From contig OZ024748.1 in the NCBI GenBank assembly GCA_964016885.1, forward strand, positions 16,430,001 through 16,494,000: 64,000 nucleotides of DNA, given 5' to 3'. The DNA is from Eledone cirrhosa. Taxonomy: Eukaryota. Made by a program: the position numbers and the translations under genes. Below, piece by piece: positions 26,155 to 40,717 of the stretch (position 1 is the first letter of the stretch; each line of letters starts with the position of its first letter). The notes beneath the pieces were generated by a model. It saw only the letters and a list, made by a program, of their open reading frames with translations. It did not search any database and was not told where the DNA came from.

Positions 26155-26421
26155 CTAGTCCAGTTTGTATTTAGCGAAGGTCTTTAGAACGTGTTTGCAA
26201 TTAAATATCATGTCCTGGCAGGAATTTAGAAGGTCCTTTTCAGTCGCTATTTCAATTATGCCCGCCAAACATAATTCACAGGGGCATCTTTCATTCCAGT
26301 ATGGATGGGCGAATTTCAGCACAGACCATTGTAGTGTGTATTCAATATTAGCACATTTCAGATCCCAAATTTTTTTTGTCAGGGCCATAGATCTAGCTAA
26401 ACTGGGGTTTTTAAACGTGTG
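26155..26421 (-). pseudogene. Penelope-like (Naiad-type) GIY-YIG endonuclease C-terminal fragment
   Basis: HTFKNPSLARSMALTKKIWDLK...LQWSVLKFAHPY...CELCL...LLN...CKH matches the remembered T-x-L-S-K-x-I-W-x-L-K...W...PY...CxLCLxEK...LLN...CxH pattern of Naiad-like elements. Confidence 0.7.
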
Positions 26422-26503
26422 GGTGTGCGCATACTATCTTTTGTCGATATGTGTGTATATTTATATGTATATATATATATGAAATGAAATGATGATGATA
26501 TAT

Positions 26504-26536
<33 letters not shown>

Positions 26537-26544
26537 AATATGTG

Positions 26545-26605
<61 letters not shown>

Positions 26606-26766
26606 AGGCAAAAAGTAAATAGAAACAACATACCAAACACAGACAATGAAGAAATATATTAGTTTAATGCTTGACCTAGTAAGAAAAGCGTCATATTTCG
26701 GATATTTGTCCTTCATCATAATATGGGAAATAAAACATGAAATAGAAGCATAGAAAGAGAGAATGT

Positions 26767-26816
<50 letters not shown>

Positions 26817-27165
26817 GCACACACATATATATTGTATGAGCATCTGATGATGTCACATGAGGCCTATTAATGGTGTAACTATTGCATGATGAATAACCAC
26901 CATATCATTGTAATATATATAATACTATGCAATATAACAATTATGTAAAAGTAACTCTATCTTAATACTATTTCGTGTATGTATATATATATGTGTGTGT
27001 GTGTGTGTTTGTGTGTGTATGTCTGTGCTGACAAGTGTCATTTGTTTTTGTATTCCTCTTATTATTGCAGGGATACTAACAACACTAATGGTAGCTCGTT
27101 TAGGAACTATGCTGCAATCTAGCAAATTACTTCATCTTTTCACACAGAATTTTGCAACTTGTATA

Positions 27166-27570
27166 TGAATGAATGAATGAATGAATGAATGAATGAGTGA
27201 ATGAATGAGTGAATGAGTGAATGAATGAATGAATGAATGAATGAATGAGTAAATGAGAGAATGAGTGAGTGAATGAGTGAGTGAGTGAGTGAGTGAGTGA
27301 ATGAGTGAACGAATGAGTGAGTGAGTGAGTGAGTGAGTGAGTGAGTGAGTGAGTGAGTGAGTGAGTGAGTGAGTGAGTGAGTGAGTGAATGGATGAGTGA
27401 ATAAATGAGTGAATGAATGAGTGAGTGAGTGAATGGATGAGTGAGTGAGTGAATGAATGGGTGAATGAGTGAGTGAATAAATGAATGAATAAATGAATGA
27501 ATGAATGAATGAATGAATGAATGAATGAATGAATGAATAAATGAATGAGTGAATGGAAGAGTGAAGGAAT
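27166..27570. repeat. (GAAT)n/(GAGT)n tetranucleotide microsatellite
   Basis: Directly visible. Confidence 0.95.
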
Positions 27571-30191
27571 GGATGTGCTGTTATACTAAGTGTAATAGGT
27601 GTGTTTGTTTCTTGGTAATTTGCTCCAAATTGACAAGAACAGTGACAACAGCAAGACCAACAAAAACAGTGACAATTACAACAGAAGCAACAACAACCAC
27701 GGGTGCATGCCACAAAAAATACAGTAAGAATATATCATTGGTGTTTCATATATGATATATATGAGCCATTAATCGCTCGTATACATGAAACTGACTGGCC
27801 TATCTTCTGATATACAAATCTAGCTTATCAATGGGTCTGCTAATATGCAAATCAGGCTGATCAGTCACTGTATATTTAAGAAAATATATATTTTCACTAA
27901 ATCTGACAGTTGGAAGATAAGTGGTATACTGTACTGATGAAGGGAACTCACCCAGACATATTAGTGTCTGCAGTTCTGTTTACATGCCTACACAAGAGCA
28001 AGAATGATGGAATCATTCTACAGACATGGCTTAAAAAGAGGCTGTTTGCATAATTGCAAACGAATAAAGTACCAGTAATGTACTGGATAATTGCTGGCCT
28101 TGTGCCAAAAGTATAAACAATTATTATTAATATTAGAAAAACTCAGATTACATTTATAATATATATATATCATCATCATCATTTAACGCCCATTTTCCAC
28201 GCTAGCATATATATAATACATATATATAATACATATATATATATATATAATACATATATATATATAATACATATATATATATAATACATATATATATATA
28301 TAATACATATATACATATATATAATACACACATAATACATATATACATATATACATATATATAATACACACATAATACATATATACATATATATATATAA
28401 TACATACATATACATATATATATATATAATACATACATATACATATATATATATATAATACATACATATACATATATATATATATAATACATACATATAC
28501 ATATATATATATATAATACATACATATATATATATATATAAGAGCAACCAGATAAATTATGGCTTTATAATGTCAGTTTGCAGCCAATATACTTGTTAAG
28601 AGGACAATTGTGTTATTTTTTTGTTTATTATATTTTAATCATATTTTGTTTTATTTTTTCTTTACTAGTCTTTTACTAACAAACTTCAGCAGCTGATGGA
28701 TAACATACTTTAGTTCTTGATTCCTTCATTGATTCCTTCATTGATAATGATACTGTTCTCACTCTCTAAGTTGCTCATGCACTCATCATCATTGCCATTT
28801 AACCTCCATATATATATATATATGCATACATGCATACATGGTGGCTGCCAACTCGTTTTCGAGTACGGCCACTACTTTATATCCATGTAGGAGAACCCCT
28901 ACCGATGCGCTGAACAAGTGTGACTTTTTAGTCCAGCCAGCGACTTGAAAACTCTGGTACAAACACTACACCTGTGACAATTATTGACACATAGTGCTGG
29001 GCCCATGGTACCATGTGATGACAAGTGCAGAGAGATCTCCAGATATAAAGCAATGCATGTGCCATGAAGCTTTTATAGTGAGCAAAGGCACTGCACAAAG
29101 CCAGTCCCACTCTCTTAACCAAGATGATATCTACCAAAAAGAAGAACAAGTCAACATCATTGGATACCATCAGGGTTGCAGGTGTTATATCAGAGTTTTC
29201 CTTCTCCTAGAATTCTGCCTTGACAAAGGCTAAGGGGTCATCTCTCCCGGAGATGCATACATACATATATACATACATACATACATGATGGCTGCTCCCT
29301 CGTTATCGAGTGTGGCCATTGCACGATATAACATTATTAATGATTATTAATAAATTCTATCATGCAATGCCTGTGCGTAAAGATATTTTTTAAAGTGAGG
29401 AAAGACTGTGCACTGAGCCAATCCCACTCTCTCAGCGACAGTAGCTATAACTGAAAAAGAAGAAAAGATCAACATCATCGGTAACTACTGAGCCGCAGGT
29501 TTTACATAGGAGTTATCCCAGTTTCCTGAGTTGCCTCCCCCTAGACGAATGCTCTGACAAAGGCTAGGGGGTCCTTCGCTCCCAGTGGTTTAATCATGCG
29601 ATCAGGTATCCCCGCGCATATACATACATATGCATACAGATATATATGCATACATACATACACACATATATATTCAATTCAATCCAGGGCCTTTTCACTC
29701 CTACCGGAAGAACCCCTTCCTGATTCACCTCCAGCATTTTCTGTTTTGGTTATGTCAGGTGTGTAGCCGTTCTAACCCCTAATTGCAAGTTGGTGAGGCT
29801 ATTTAACCCATAGCTGGGTAAACTCATTTCTACAGCTGAATATATACATATATTCTTTTCTCCTAGTTTATTTTACACCTAATTCTGTTTAATTGACTGT
29901 ATATCTGGGCGATTACGCTGTCGAAATATTCGATAAATATTCCGTCGCAGCCGGCGTGAAGGGCTGGTTTTGGTTATTTGTTGGAGATTTCTTCATAGAA
30001 GCCTTATTCTTATAGCCTGGTCTATTCAATTTTTTATATGGTTAATTATGCTAATTGTGAGAGGAAATGGTATATATTTTATCTGGTGATTCTATAGACA
30101 TGTTTTATGATATATATATATATAGACATGTTTTATGATATATATATATATATATAGACATGTTTTATGATATATATATATATATATAAAT

Positions 30192-30540
30192 GGAGGCACA
30201 TGGCTTAGTGGTTACAGCATTGGCCTTGCAATCGAGAGGTTGTGAGTTCAATTCTCAGACTGGGTGATGTGTTGTTTCCTTGAGCAAGACACTTTATTTC
30301 ACATTGCTCCAGTTTACTCAGCTGTAGAAATGAGATGATAGGGACTGGGGTCCTTATCATTCCACTGTAAAGTGGTCGTGGAGGTGCCACGGCAAAAAAG
30401 CACCCAGCACTCACTGTAAATGAGGTTGGTGTTAGGAAGGGCATCCAGCTGTAGAAATCAAGCCAGCATCAGTTCCCGTCCCACCCTTGCAAGCAGGGAA
30501 AAAGCGGACGTAAAATGAAATGATGATGATGAATGATGAT
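30192..30540 (+). mobile_element. SINE family B, full length
   Basis: Near-identical reverse complement of 20050-20395. Confidence 0.85.
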
Positions 30541-31521
30541 ATAATAAGAACAAAGTGGAGATGTTACATAGGAGATATATTGCTCAATCCTACAAATGTT
30601 GCAAATGTTTCTCAACTGTTTCTCAGGCAGCTGGCTTGTGATCTGGGATGGTGACCGCAGACCAGACTCCAAGACTGCCTGATCCTCAGACCAGTGTTAA
30701 CACAACAAAAATCACATCATATCTGAGGACGAACCAATAAAAACACAAACAAGCTTATACAATGACCAAAGACGGGCCTAGAATTCAACAGATACCCCTA
30801 TCGCGAGCGTTACAAGAAAAAATTGTTATAAACATAAACAAATTATATATATTTCTTTTTGAATTGAGTTTGAATTATTTTTCCCACATCTTACGTTAAC
30901 TATTTTCCCATTTTGATGCTATAGTCACTTATATATTATGGAATACTGTGTGCTTCTTGCTCATAATAATTTCTATACTTTTCATTTATATATATTTATA
31001 TATATATATATATATTTATATATTTATATAAAGTTAGTTCCACAGTTATCAAACCACATTTGAGGACACATGCTTCACAATGCAGATTCACTCGAGTTGA
31101 AAATCAGCAAGGTGAAACACATAACCTCGACACTATATATATATTGGAAAAGTAAATAACAACAACAAGGAATACAGATACAAAATATATATATATATAT
31201 ATATATATTACATATATAGAGAGAGGGAGAGAAAGAGAGAGGGAGATGGAGTGAGAGAGAGAGAGGGAGATGGAGTCAGAGAGAGAGAGAGAGAGAGAGA
31301 AAAGTGTCGTCATCATCATTACTGTTTAACATCCATTTTCCATGCTAGCATGGGTTAGATAGGTTGTCCTATTTGAGGCCAGGTGACCATGTCTTGCTCA
31401 TACAGAACTAAATTAGGCTTGGTTTCTACAGCTGGATGCCCTTCTCAATGCCAATCACATTTACAGTGAGTGAGTTCTGTGTGCTTTTTGTCATGACACG
31501 TATATCATTATTTAATATAGA

Positions 31522-31705
31522 CAGTGGATTGGCAGTACCGGTAGAGGGTCGGACGCCATGCTTTCCAGCATAGTTACATCCCTTCACGATCTGAGTTCAA
31601 ATCCCGCCGAGGTTGACTTTGCCTTTCATCCTTATGGGGTCGATAAAATAAAGTACCAGTAATGCACTGGTAAATTGCTGGCCTTGTGAAACAATAGAAA
31701 CAATT
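31522..31705 (+). mobile_element. SINE family A with target-site duplication
   Basis: ATTATTTAATATAGA repeated at 31507-31521 and 31703-31717. Confidence 0.88.
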
Positions 31706-31870
31706 ATTTAATATAGAAATGTGCATAGCTCGCGATTTCATACGAATGTAACAGTTCTAATCTATTAAATTATGACATGTACACTCTACTAATGTACTGA
31801 GTACCTTTTTAACTCTGATTACCCCTAATCTAACTTGGAATCTATATATGTACATATATGTATATATATT

Positions 31871-31910
<40 letters not shown>

Positions 31911-31962
31911 CTGTGTGTGCGTGTAATATATATATATATATGTATATACTGTACACACACAC

Positions 31963-32002
<40 letters not shown>

Positions 32003-32003
32003 G

Positions 32004-32748
32004 TTTCTTTATTAGCCACAGGGGCACAAAAGAAGGGGATAAATACAAGGGGGAAGTTTACATACAAGAAAAACGTGTAAAATGTTATCACAAATGCAAC
32101 TTAAAATTTTCCCCAATAGGGGGAGACAGTTCATATGGGTAGCACATACCCCCGAAAAAATTGTGAAACCCTCATCTCCAGGAGTACGAAGAGTTTGTAC
32201 TCCTTTCCTCACCTCCTCCTTTTCCTCAACCTACAGGCTGATATAGAGAGAAGGCCCATTCACTCGGGCCATTCTCACCACTTTCACCCACCTTTCATAA
32301 AACTTGCTGGGGTACAGCACCTCTCTCTCCATCCTGATTCTTCTTCCAAAGTGGTATTTGAAAAAAAGAATCAGTTGTTGGCCGGAGAGAAAGGTGTCTG
32401 ACCTCATCCCTTTCAACCTTGTCCACCATACAACCTCTTTCGCCATAGCTATCACACAAAGGAAAACCACCTCTCCATCGTTTTTGAAGGAGGGTGGCGG
32501 TTTGATCATGACAATGGACTCGGTGGTCAACTGGATTGATCCCACCCGCGACAATAGTCGTTCTACATAGCCCCACAGGTCAGTGACGCCCGGGCAGTGT
32601 ATGAATGCATGCGCGACGGTTTCTTTGTTATGCACGCACCTCGGACAGATCTTTTTTGCAGGGCCCCTGCCCGCGCACCCATGTCTGTAGAGCTTGTCTC
32701 GAACTGGTAGAGCTCCTCGGTAGCACTGCCAGGCCAGGGACTTTTGGA
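32004..32748 (-). mobile_element. 5'-truncated L1/Tx1-like LINE (zf-RVT/CCHC C-terminus and 3' UTR) inside (GATA)n
   Basis: Open frame WQCYRGALPVRDKLYRHG...CPRC...ETVAHAFIHCP...W..R to a stop at 32231. The 3' UTR ends AATAAAGAAAC followed by (ATCT)n. GATA repeats flank both ends. Confidence 0.8.
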
Positions 32749-33050
32749 AGATAGATAGATAGATCGATACATATAGATCTTTCATTCCTCTACTTCAATA
32801 CCATGTTTGAGGGCAAGATCATTTCGCAAAGTATTAATCAGATAATCAGAAACTATTTTCAAATAAAATTCATTTGTTTCACTTACATAAAAGAACAATT
32901 TGGTAGAAATTTGCCAACATTAATAATGCTTTGAAAAATTATTATTTCATATATATATATAAATATATATATATAAATGTGTATATATATAAAAATGTGT
33001 ATATATATATATATATATATATAAATATATATATGTATATAAATGTGTAT

Positions 33051-33085
<35 letters not shown>

Positions 33086-33133
33086 AATATATATATAAAT
33101 GTATATATATATATATAAATATATATTTATAAA

Positions 33134-33184
<51 letters not shown>

Positions 33185-33219
33185 ATAAATAAATATGTAT
33201 AAATAAATATATATATATA

Positions 33220-33264
<45 letters not shown>

Positions 33265-33327
33265 ATGCACACATGCATACACACATATATATATATATTG
33301 CCACACACACATACACTCACATATTCC

Positions 33328-33364
<37 letters not shown>

Positions 33365-33957
33365 TCACACACACACCCATTTACACATAACGTTAATGTT
33401 TAAAAAATTGTGATAAATATATATCAGAAGCTCTTTGATAAAGTTTTGTTTCAAAAGAGAATTAGTTCAAGAGAACTTATTAACATTTATCTGGTTCCAA
33501 CAAATGTTTCCTTACCAATTAATTTGTGTCTATATTTCTACAGTATATATGAAACTCAGAAACTAATCTATACTGCTAGAATATACCAAATAACAGAAAT
33601 CTGCACCCAAATAACAGAAATCAGCTCCCAAATACCATTCTACAGTGTAACAAGTAACTGCATTAGAAAGGACATCTAGCTGTAGAAACGAGACCAGAAA
33701 TGGTTCTGTATGAGCAAGAAATGGTCACCTGATCTGACTTGTCTAATAACAGGGCAACTCGTCTGACCCATGATAACATGGAATAATGGACATTAACCGG
33801 TGATGATGATGATGACGACTTCTAAAATTACTTGTAATATGATGTGTAACACCAATGTGCAACATAATCATCATCATCATCACCATTTTAAGTTCGTATT
33901 TCCCTGCTTGCATGGGTTGGACGAGTCTTCCTTCTTGCACACCACATCGGATTTCTC

Positions 33958-34253
33958 TAAACCCTTTAGCATTTACATTACTCTATAATTATTATTGAGT
34001 TCAAATCCCGCCGAGGTTAACTTTGCATTTCATCCTTACGGGGTCGATAAAGTAAAGCACCAGTAACGTACTGGGGTCGATTTAATCGACTTTCCCCTCC
34101 TCCAAAATTACTGGCCTTGTGCCTAGAATAAAAATCATAAATTTTGAGAACAATACCTTAACATAAATATGAACAGTCGGTTATGGCCGGTTTGAACAGA
34201 AAGAGATGAGAGAATTCTGGCCGGATATAGCCAGTTTAAATACTAATGGGTTA
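33958..34253. mobile_element. TTAA-type MITE copy with an internal SINE A fragment
   Basis: CCCTTTAGCATTTA ... TAAATACTAATGGG-TTAA ends. SINE body at ~33996-34135. Confidence 0.65.
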
Positions 34254-34943
34254 AACCCAGCTTTTCCCTCTGCTCAGCCATGGTCAGTTTAAATGCTAAA
34301 GCATTAAACTGAACTTCTCCCTCTGTTCATGCAAACTCAGCCTTTCACATTTAAATTGCCCATTTAACGGGGCATGATATTTATATATTACTATATAGAG
34401 ATATTGGTAATTCTTGAGTACACAGATCATCAAGTACAATGAAACTAAAGAAATGTTACTTGATATAATACTATAGCATTAAAGAAACCCTGATTTTTCT
34501 CTTTATATTTTGGTTTCTACTATTTCCAAAACAAAATAGATTCAACATGATATTGTATTTATTTACTTGTTGTTTCTACCTATTTAGCATAAAATATATT
34601 GTAACATCTAAAATAATAACAGCCACATAGAGGGAGATTTTAATATAAACAAGCATTACTTTATATATATACTCATACATGCCTATACACATACATATGT
34701 ATATATATGCTGCAAAAGATTAAATCTAAAGAAATATATCATGAATTCACTTAGTGTATATATTCTACAGTATTCTTTTATGGTTTCTTCATACATATAT
34801 ATACATATATATATATATACATATATAAACACAGAAGAATATGGAGAAGAAGAAAATCAATTTAAACATTTGAAGAAAAAACAAAATACAAGAAATATGA
34901 ACAAAAAAATATAAATAAATATATGTGTGTGTGTGTGTATGTT

Positions 34944-35005
<62 letters not shown>

Positions 35006-35359
35006 ATGTTTTGCAATGTGTTCACCATATATTTTCAAGTAGAAATGTATATATGCATAAAGAAATATATATTTATATATATACACACACACACAAAACA
35101 TGCACACATATACACATACACACAACAAAAACCAAAGCACAACAGAGCAGAATATAAGAATATATATTCTTTTCAAGTTGTTATTGTAGCAGAGAGAGCC
35201 AGTATATGTTTCTATTACCAAAGGTGGAATAGACCATCAGTAAATAGGAAAGCAGTCAACATCAACTTTAAGATTCCACAAAGAAAAATTATTTTTAAAT
35301 GAGGCAACAAAATAACAAAATAACGACATATACAAAATAAAGAAAAAAAATTATATATA

Positions 35360-35730
35360 CACACGACCGTGACCTCTGGCGTCACACAGTAATACAGAAG
35401 ACCCAGCCCCTCACAAGAACAAGCCGAAGCTGAAGCATATAGACAATATGCCCCCACACCATCCCACTGCAAAGTGGTCGTGCAGGTGCAACGACAAAAA
35501 AGCACCCAGCCCACACTGTAAAGTGGACGTGTAGGCGCCACGGAAAAAAGCACCAGTCCACACTGTAAATGAGGTTGGTGTTAGGAAGGGCATCCAGCTG
35601 TAGAAATCAAGCCAGAATCAGTTCCTGTATGAGCAAGACAAGTTCAGCCGACTGGACACTGCTCACAACAGGACAACCCGTCTAACCCATGCTAGTGTGG
35701 AAGAACAGACGTAAAACAGTGATGATGATG
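35360..35730 (+). mobile_element. 5'-truncated RTE 3' end
   Basis: 2-3 copies of the 48-bp unit, GTTAGGAAGGGCATCCAGCTGTAGAAA and an AACCCATGCTAG...GACGTAAAA...(TGA)n tail. Smaller tails at ~1248, 19180, 20495, 28170, 31310, 33660, 41822, 46215, 46560 and 47680. Confidence 0.7.
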
Positions 35731-35786
35731 ATACACACATATATATATATACATATAGATATATATACAGAGATATATATACACAT

Positions 35787-35823
<37 letters not shown>

Positions 35824-36093
35824 TATATACACATAGATATATATACACACATATATATATACACATATATATATACACATATATATATATACACATATAT
35901 ATATATACACATACATATATATATACATATAGATATATACACATATAGATATATATACATATAGATATATATATATATTGATACATATACATATAGATAT
36001 ATATACATATAGATTATATATATATATATATATACATCATCCACTGTTCTAAAAAATAAATCATACACAAAACGCCAGGACCAACAATTTTGC

Positions 36094-36320
36094 AAGAGAT
36101 GTCAACATGAATGGACCTGTTATTTTTATCTAAAGGCATCTTTTCCAATTCCAACCTGCCCATCCCTTCAATCTATCTTATTTCTCATTCTTTCTTCTGA
36201 TGAAGGACTAGCGTCCGAAACGTTAATACCTTCTTCCTGCTATATCAAGCGTTAACCTAATATATCCCTTCCATATACTGTACAGATTGTGTTGTTATTT
36301 CTGTTTAGCTTTTACATATA
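36094..36320 (+). mobile_element. Penelope-like pseudo-LTR remnant with hammerhead motif (copy 2)
   Basis: Closely similar to 23183-23405. CTGATGAAGGACTAGCGTCCGAAACGTTAA is identical in both copies. Confidence 0.6.
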
Positions 36321-36521
36321 TATACATATATATACTTATTAAAATAACAGATTAAAGTTTAAGCAAAGAATCGCTGCTTTCACTCTTAACGGGATCTTCT
36401 GAAACTAAAAAAATCAGTCTGTGAACGCAGAAGTAAATATTTCGAAAACCGTTGCAACTGAAGGAATTTAGTCTTCAAATTTATTATTATTACTATATAC
36501 ATATATATATATATATATATA

Positions 36522-36718
36522 TAACGAAGGAGGTGTGGTAAGGAACCAGATGGACCATAACGCACCAGAGTACTCAATACTTACGGTAGAAGAGTGGGTA
36601 ATAGGAAAGTGTTTGACTCCGACAGCAGAGCTCAAGCCATTTCAACGGCTATTTCTGAGTCCAAAAATAGACGTCGAAACGGCTTGAGCTCTGCCGTCAG
36701 TGTCAAACATTTTCCTAT
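36522..36718 (-). mobile_element. Hairpin-plus-tail element in (TA)n (copy 2 of the 8548 family)
   Basis: Arms 36601-36654 / 36665-36718. The tail carries GTACTCAATAC on the plus strand. TA-rich flanks. Confidence 0.7.
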
Positions 36719-37697
36719 ATACATTTTGACTTATTTATTTTATTTTATTATATATATACATATATATATATGCTGTATATATATATATATATATATATAA
36801 ATATGTAAAATAATATATGTATCTAAAAAAAGATACAAAGTACAAAAATTAAACTGGGAATATCGAAGGGAAGGTAGAATGGCTGATGGGCATTTTTTTT
36901 TTTTTTACTCAGTCTTCGTGTGTATATATGTATTTGTTTTTTGTGTGCCAGTGTATATGTATATGTGCGGGGTGAGAGTATATGTGTGGCGTGTCAGTGT
37001 ATATATACGTGTGTTAGTGCCAGTATATATGTATGTGTGGAGTGCCAGTGTATATGTGTTTGTATGTACCTGTGTGCGTGTGCACCAGTGCGTGTGTATG
37101 CCTGTGTGTGTGACTGTGTGTGTACCAGTGTATGGGTGTGTATGTGAGTATGCAACTGTGTGTGTGTGTGCACCAGTATGTGTGTGTGAGCCTGTGTGCA
37201 TGTGTGTGTGTGTACCAGTGTATGTGTGCGTGAGTGCTTGTGTGTTTGTTTTGGTGTTGGTGCTGCTTGTTGATTTTTGTGCAGTGGTGAGTGAATGATG
37301 TCTTACAAAAATAAATAAACATTGTGTAAAGGACAGGGTTTGAGGCAATGAGAGAGAGAGGGAAAGATATAGAGAGTAAGGGAGAGACATATATATTTAG
37401 AGAGAGAGAGAGAGAGAGAGAATTGACAGGGCAGAGCGAGACAAAAGTAGATAGAGAGAGAGTGAGAGAGAGAGCAATGTATATATATATATATATAGTG
37501 AGAGAGAGAAGATAGAGAGAGAGAGGGTTGCTACAGTGTCTTGGTGGCAAAGGAATATAATAATAATAAGGAAGCAGTGGTTTTATAATCATTGGAGAAA
37601 TGGTGGAACTTTCTGGAAGAAAATGGTCATATGGTGACGTGTTAAGAATATAATAAACAACAATGAAGACTTCACTATGTTTGTGCATACAATACCA

Positions 37698-37734
<37 letters not shown>

Positions 37735-37896
37735 ATTTGACGGGACTAACACTTACACCTCTCCAAGACAATGTAACTGGACCGAGATATTTGGCGCTAC
37801 GCAGTAATAAAGAAGACCTGCTTTGCCTAAGTACAAAGCGAAACCTACAGTCAGTAGGCGTCTCTTAACCAAAATACATATATATAAATATATATA

Positions 37897-37934
<38 letters not shown>

Positions 37935-37944
37935 TATATATATA

Positions 37945-37978
<34 letters not shown>

Positions 37979-38540
37979 CATGCATATATATATACACATA
38001 TATATATATATATTTATACATATACACATATATATATTTATACATATACACATATATATATATATATGTATACACATAAATATATATATATATACATATA
38101 CACATACATATATATATGTATACACATATATATCTATATATATGTATGCATACATATACATACATATACATATATACGCATACATATGTATGCATACATA
38201 TACATACATACGCATACATATGTATGCATACATATACATACATATACACACATACATATACACATATATATATGTATGCATACATATACATACATATATG
38301 TATGCATACATATACATACATATACACGCATACATATGTATGCATACATATACATACATATACATATATACGCATACATATACACATATATATATATATA
38401 TATGCATACATATACATATATACGCATACATATACACATATATATATACATATATATAATATATGTATATATATATACACATATAGACACATATGTATAC
38501 ACATATATATATATATACACACACATATACATATACACAC

Positions 38541-38573
<33 letters not shown>

Positions 38574-38600
38574 TATATATACACACATATATATATATAT

Positions 38601-38648
<48 letters not shown>

Positions 38649-39345
38649 GCACACACATACACATGTCTCTTGCTGTTTGTGTTGTGTCATGTTTCATATT
38701 ATAACAGAGTTGCTTTCACTGACAAATACTATTGTTGTTGATTTTGTTATTTAATTGTTGAATTCTTTTTTGTAGAATTTCAGTCCAAATCAACACCTCG
38801 GTTATTTTTTCTTTTACTGTTGCATGGAGACGGTTTTAATCATTTTGTCTGCTGTGTCACACTTGAAGCCTTGTTTATGCTTCACAGGTGTGCTATGAGT
38901 TTTTGAAACAAATTGGAAATTTTCGAAATATTAAGTAAAAAAAAAGAATAGGGTTTTAATACACTGCAATAGTTTATGTGTATTACTTTTCAAAAAAATA
39001 CTGTGTGTGCATCCAAGCCAGTACTCTCTGTCTGTTCCCCTTTATTACTTTGACATTGATCATCAGTATGTTTTAGCCAGTAGGTACCAACATAGCCATT
39101 TCTCAGAACAGTACTTTACTATTTCAGCAGATGTTCAGAATATGCCCCTTACTCCCAGTGATTATATACAATATAAGTATTAGATGGCAGCCTTGCTGGG
39201 CCATACCCTTAGTTTAGTCAATCATATTGATCCCAATACTTATATTATTGATCTTGTGTTTTTGTTGTTGTCAAACCTCTAAGTTATGGGACATAAAGTC
39301 ACAGACACTATTGAAAATATAGACATATATAAACACATATATATA

Positions 39346-39493
39346 CAGTATTTCCCAGCACTGAAGACACCCTAATTTTGACAACCAAAATTTTGAAAAA
39401 AATAAATAAATAATCTTCGGCCTCCAGGACGCATGGTAGATTTTTGAGACTTATTTCAGGAAAAAGTAGCGTCTTCAAAGCCGGAAAATACGG
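39346..39493. mobile_element. Tc1/mariner (Tigger/pogo-like) MITE with TA target duplication, inserted in an older SINE
   Basis: TA-CAGTATTTCCCAGCACTGAAGAC ... GTCTTCAAAGCCGGAAAATACGG-TA imperfect TIRs. SINE-like sequence flanks it at ~39200-39310 and 39500-39630. Confidence 0.65.
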
Positions 39494-39877
39494 TACACCA
39501 TATTTCACTCACAAGATATTTATCAATCTGAGGCTATAAAAGAAGACACTTGCCCAAGGTGCCATACAGCAGAACTGAACACAGAACCATGTGATTGTGA
39601 AGTGAACTCCTTAGCCACATAGCCATACATGTTTGTGTGGGTGTCTATATATATATATATATATTTTTTTTTTCTTTCTGTTCATTGCCTGGGAACGTCT
39701 TCACAAACCAAAGTATCATCTTCCTGTTTTCCCCTGATTGTAACGTTCTTCAAAATATTTACTTCTGCATCCACAAATTGATTTTTTTAGTTTCAGAAGA
39801 GTGAAAGAAGCAATTCTTTGCTTAAACTTTAATCTTTTCTTATAATAAATATATATGTATATATATATATATATATG

Positions 39878-40189
39878 CATTGGCCTTGCAATCGAAAGGT
39901 TGTGAGTTCAATTCTCAGACCGGGTGATGTGTTGTTTCCTTGAGCAAGACACTTTATTTCACATTGCTTCAGTTTACTCAGCTGTAGAAATGAGATGATA
40001 GGGACTGGGGTCCATATCATTCTTCTGCAAAGTGGTCGTGGAGGTGCCACGGCAAAAAAACACCCAGCACTCACTGTAAATGGGGTTGGTGTTAGGAAGG
40101 GCATCCAGCTGTAGAAATCAAGCCAGCATCAGTTCCCGTCCCACTTTTGCAAGCAGGGAAAAAGCGGACGTAAAATGAAATGATGATGA
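39878..40189 (+). mobile_element. SINE family B, 5' end lost
   Basis: Near-identical to 30217-30540. Confidence 0.85.
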
Positions 40190-40717
40190 TATATATATAT
40201 TTATTATATATATATATATAATAAATATATATATATGTGTGATCTCGGGTAGTTTAGCCCAGAACGTTGGTTTTACATGTAGCCGTTGCACTGGAACAGT
40301 AACTAGCAAATGACCACAGGAAACAAGTGCTATCAAATTCTGGAAAGGTTTAGTAAAAGTGGTAGGCAGCTTCTGTTACCTAGCTGACCAAATTTTGTAG
40401 CTAACATTGCTTTTCCCTGCTTGCAAGGGTGGAATGGGTTCTATTCAGCACAGCATCTCTCTATTCGTCACGCTCCTTCGTCATCTCCTCCATGAACTTC
40501 AGCGATCTGAGGTTAGCTCTCACCACCTCTGCCCATGTTTTTCGTGGTCTTCCTCTACTGTGTTTGTTTATATATTTACCTCTTTCATTGCTATATAGTG
40601 AAAGTCACTGTCAATGGTCTAAGGTTTGCAAAAGTGTTTGAAAATAAAAATTTAGAGGGAATTAGAATAATTATTTCATTATTAAGCTGGTATTTGAGGC
40701 ATAACAAACGTTCTTAA

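Noticed and set aside
27132-27713. 193-aa Cys-rich/HSF-repeat ORF
   Set aside because: Mostly (TCAC/TCAT)n microsatellite plus a TTG-rich low-complexity head.
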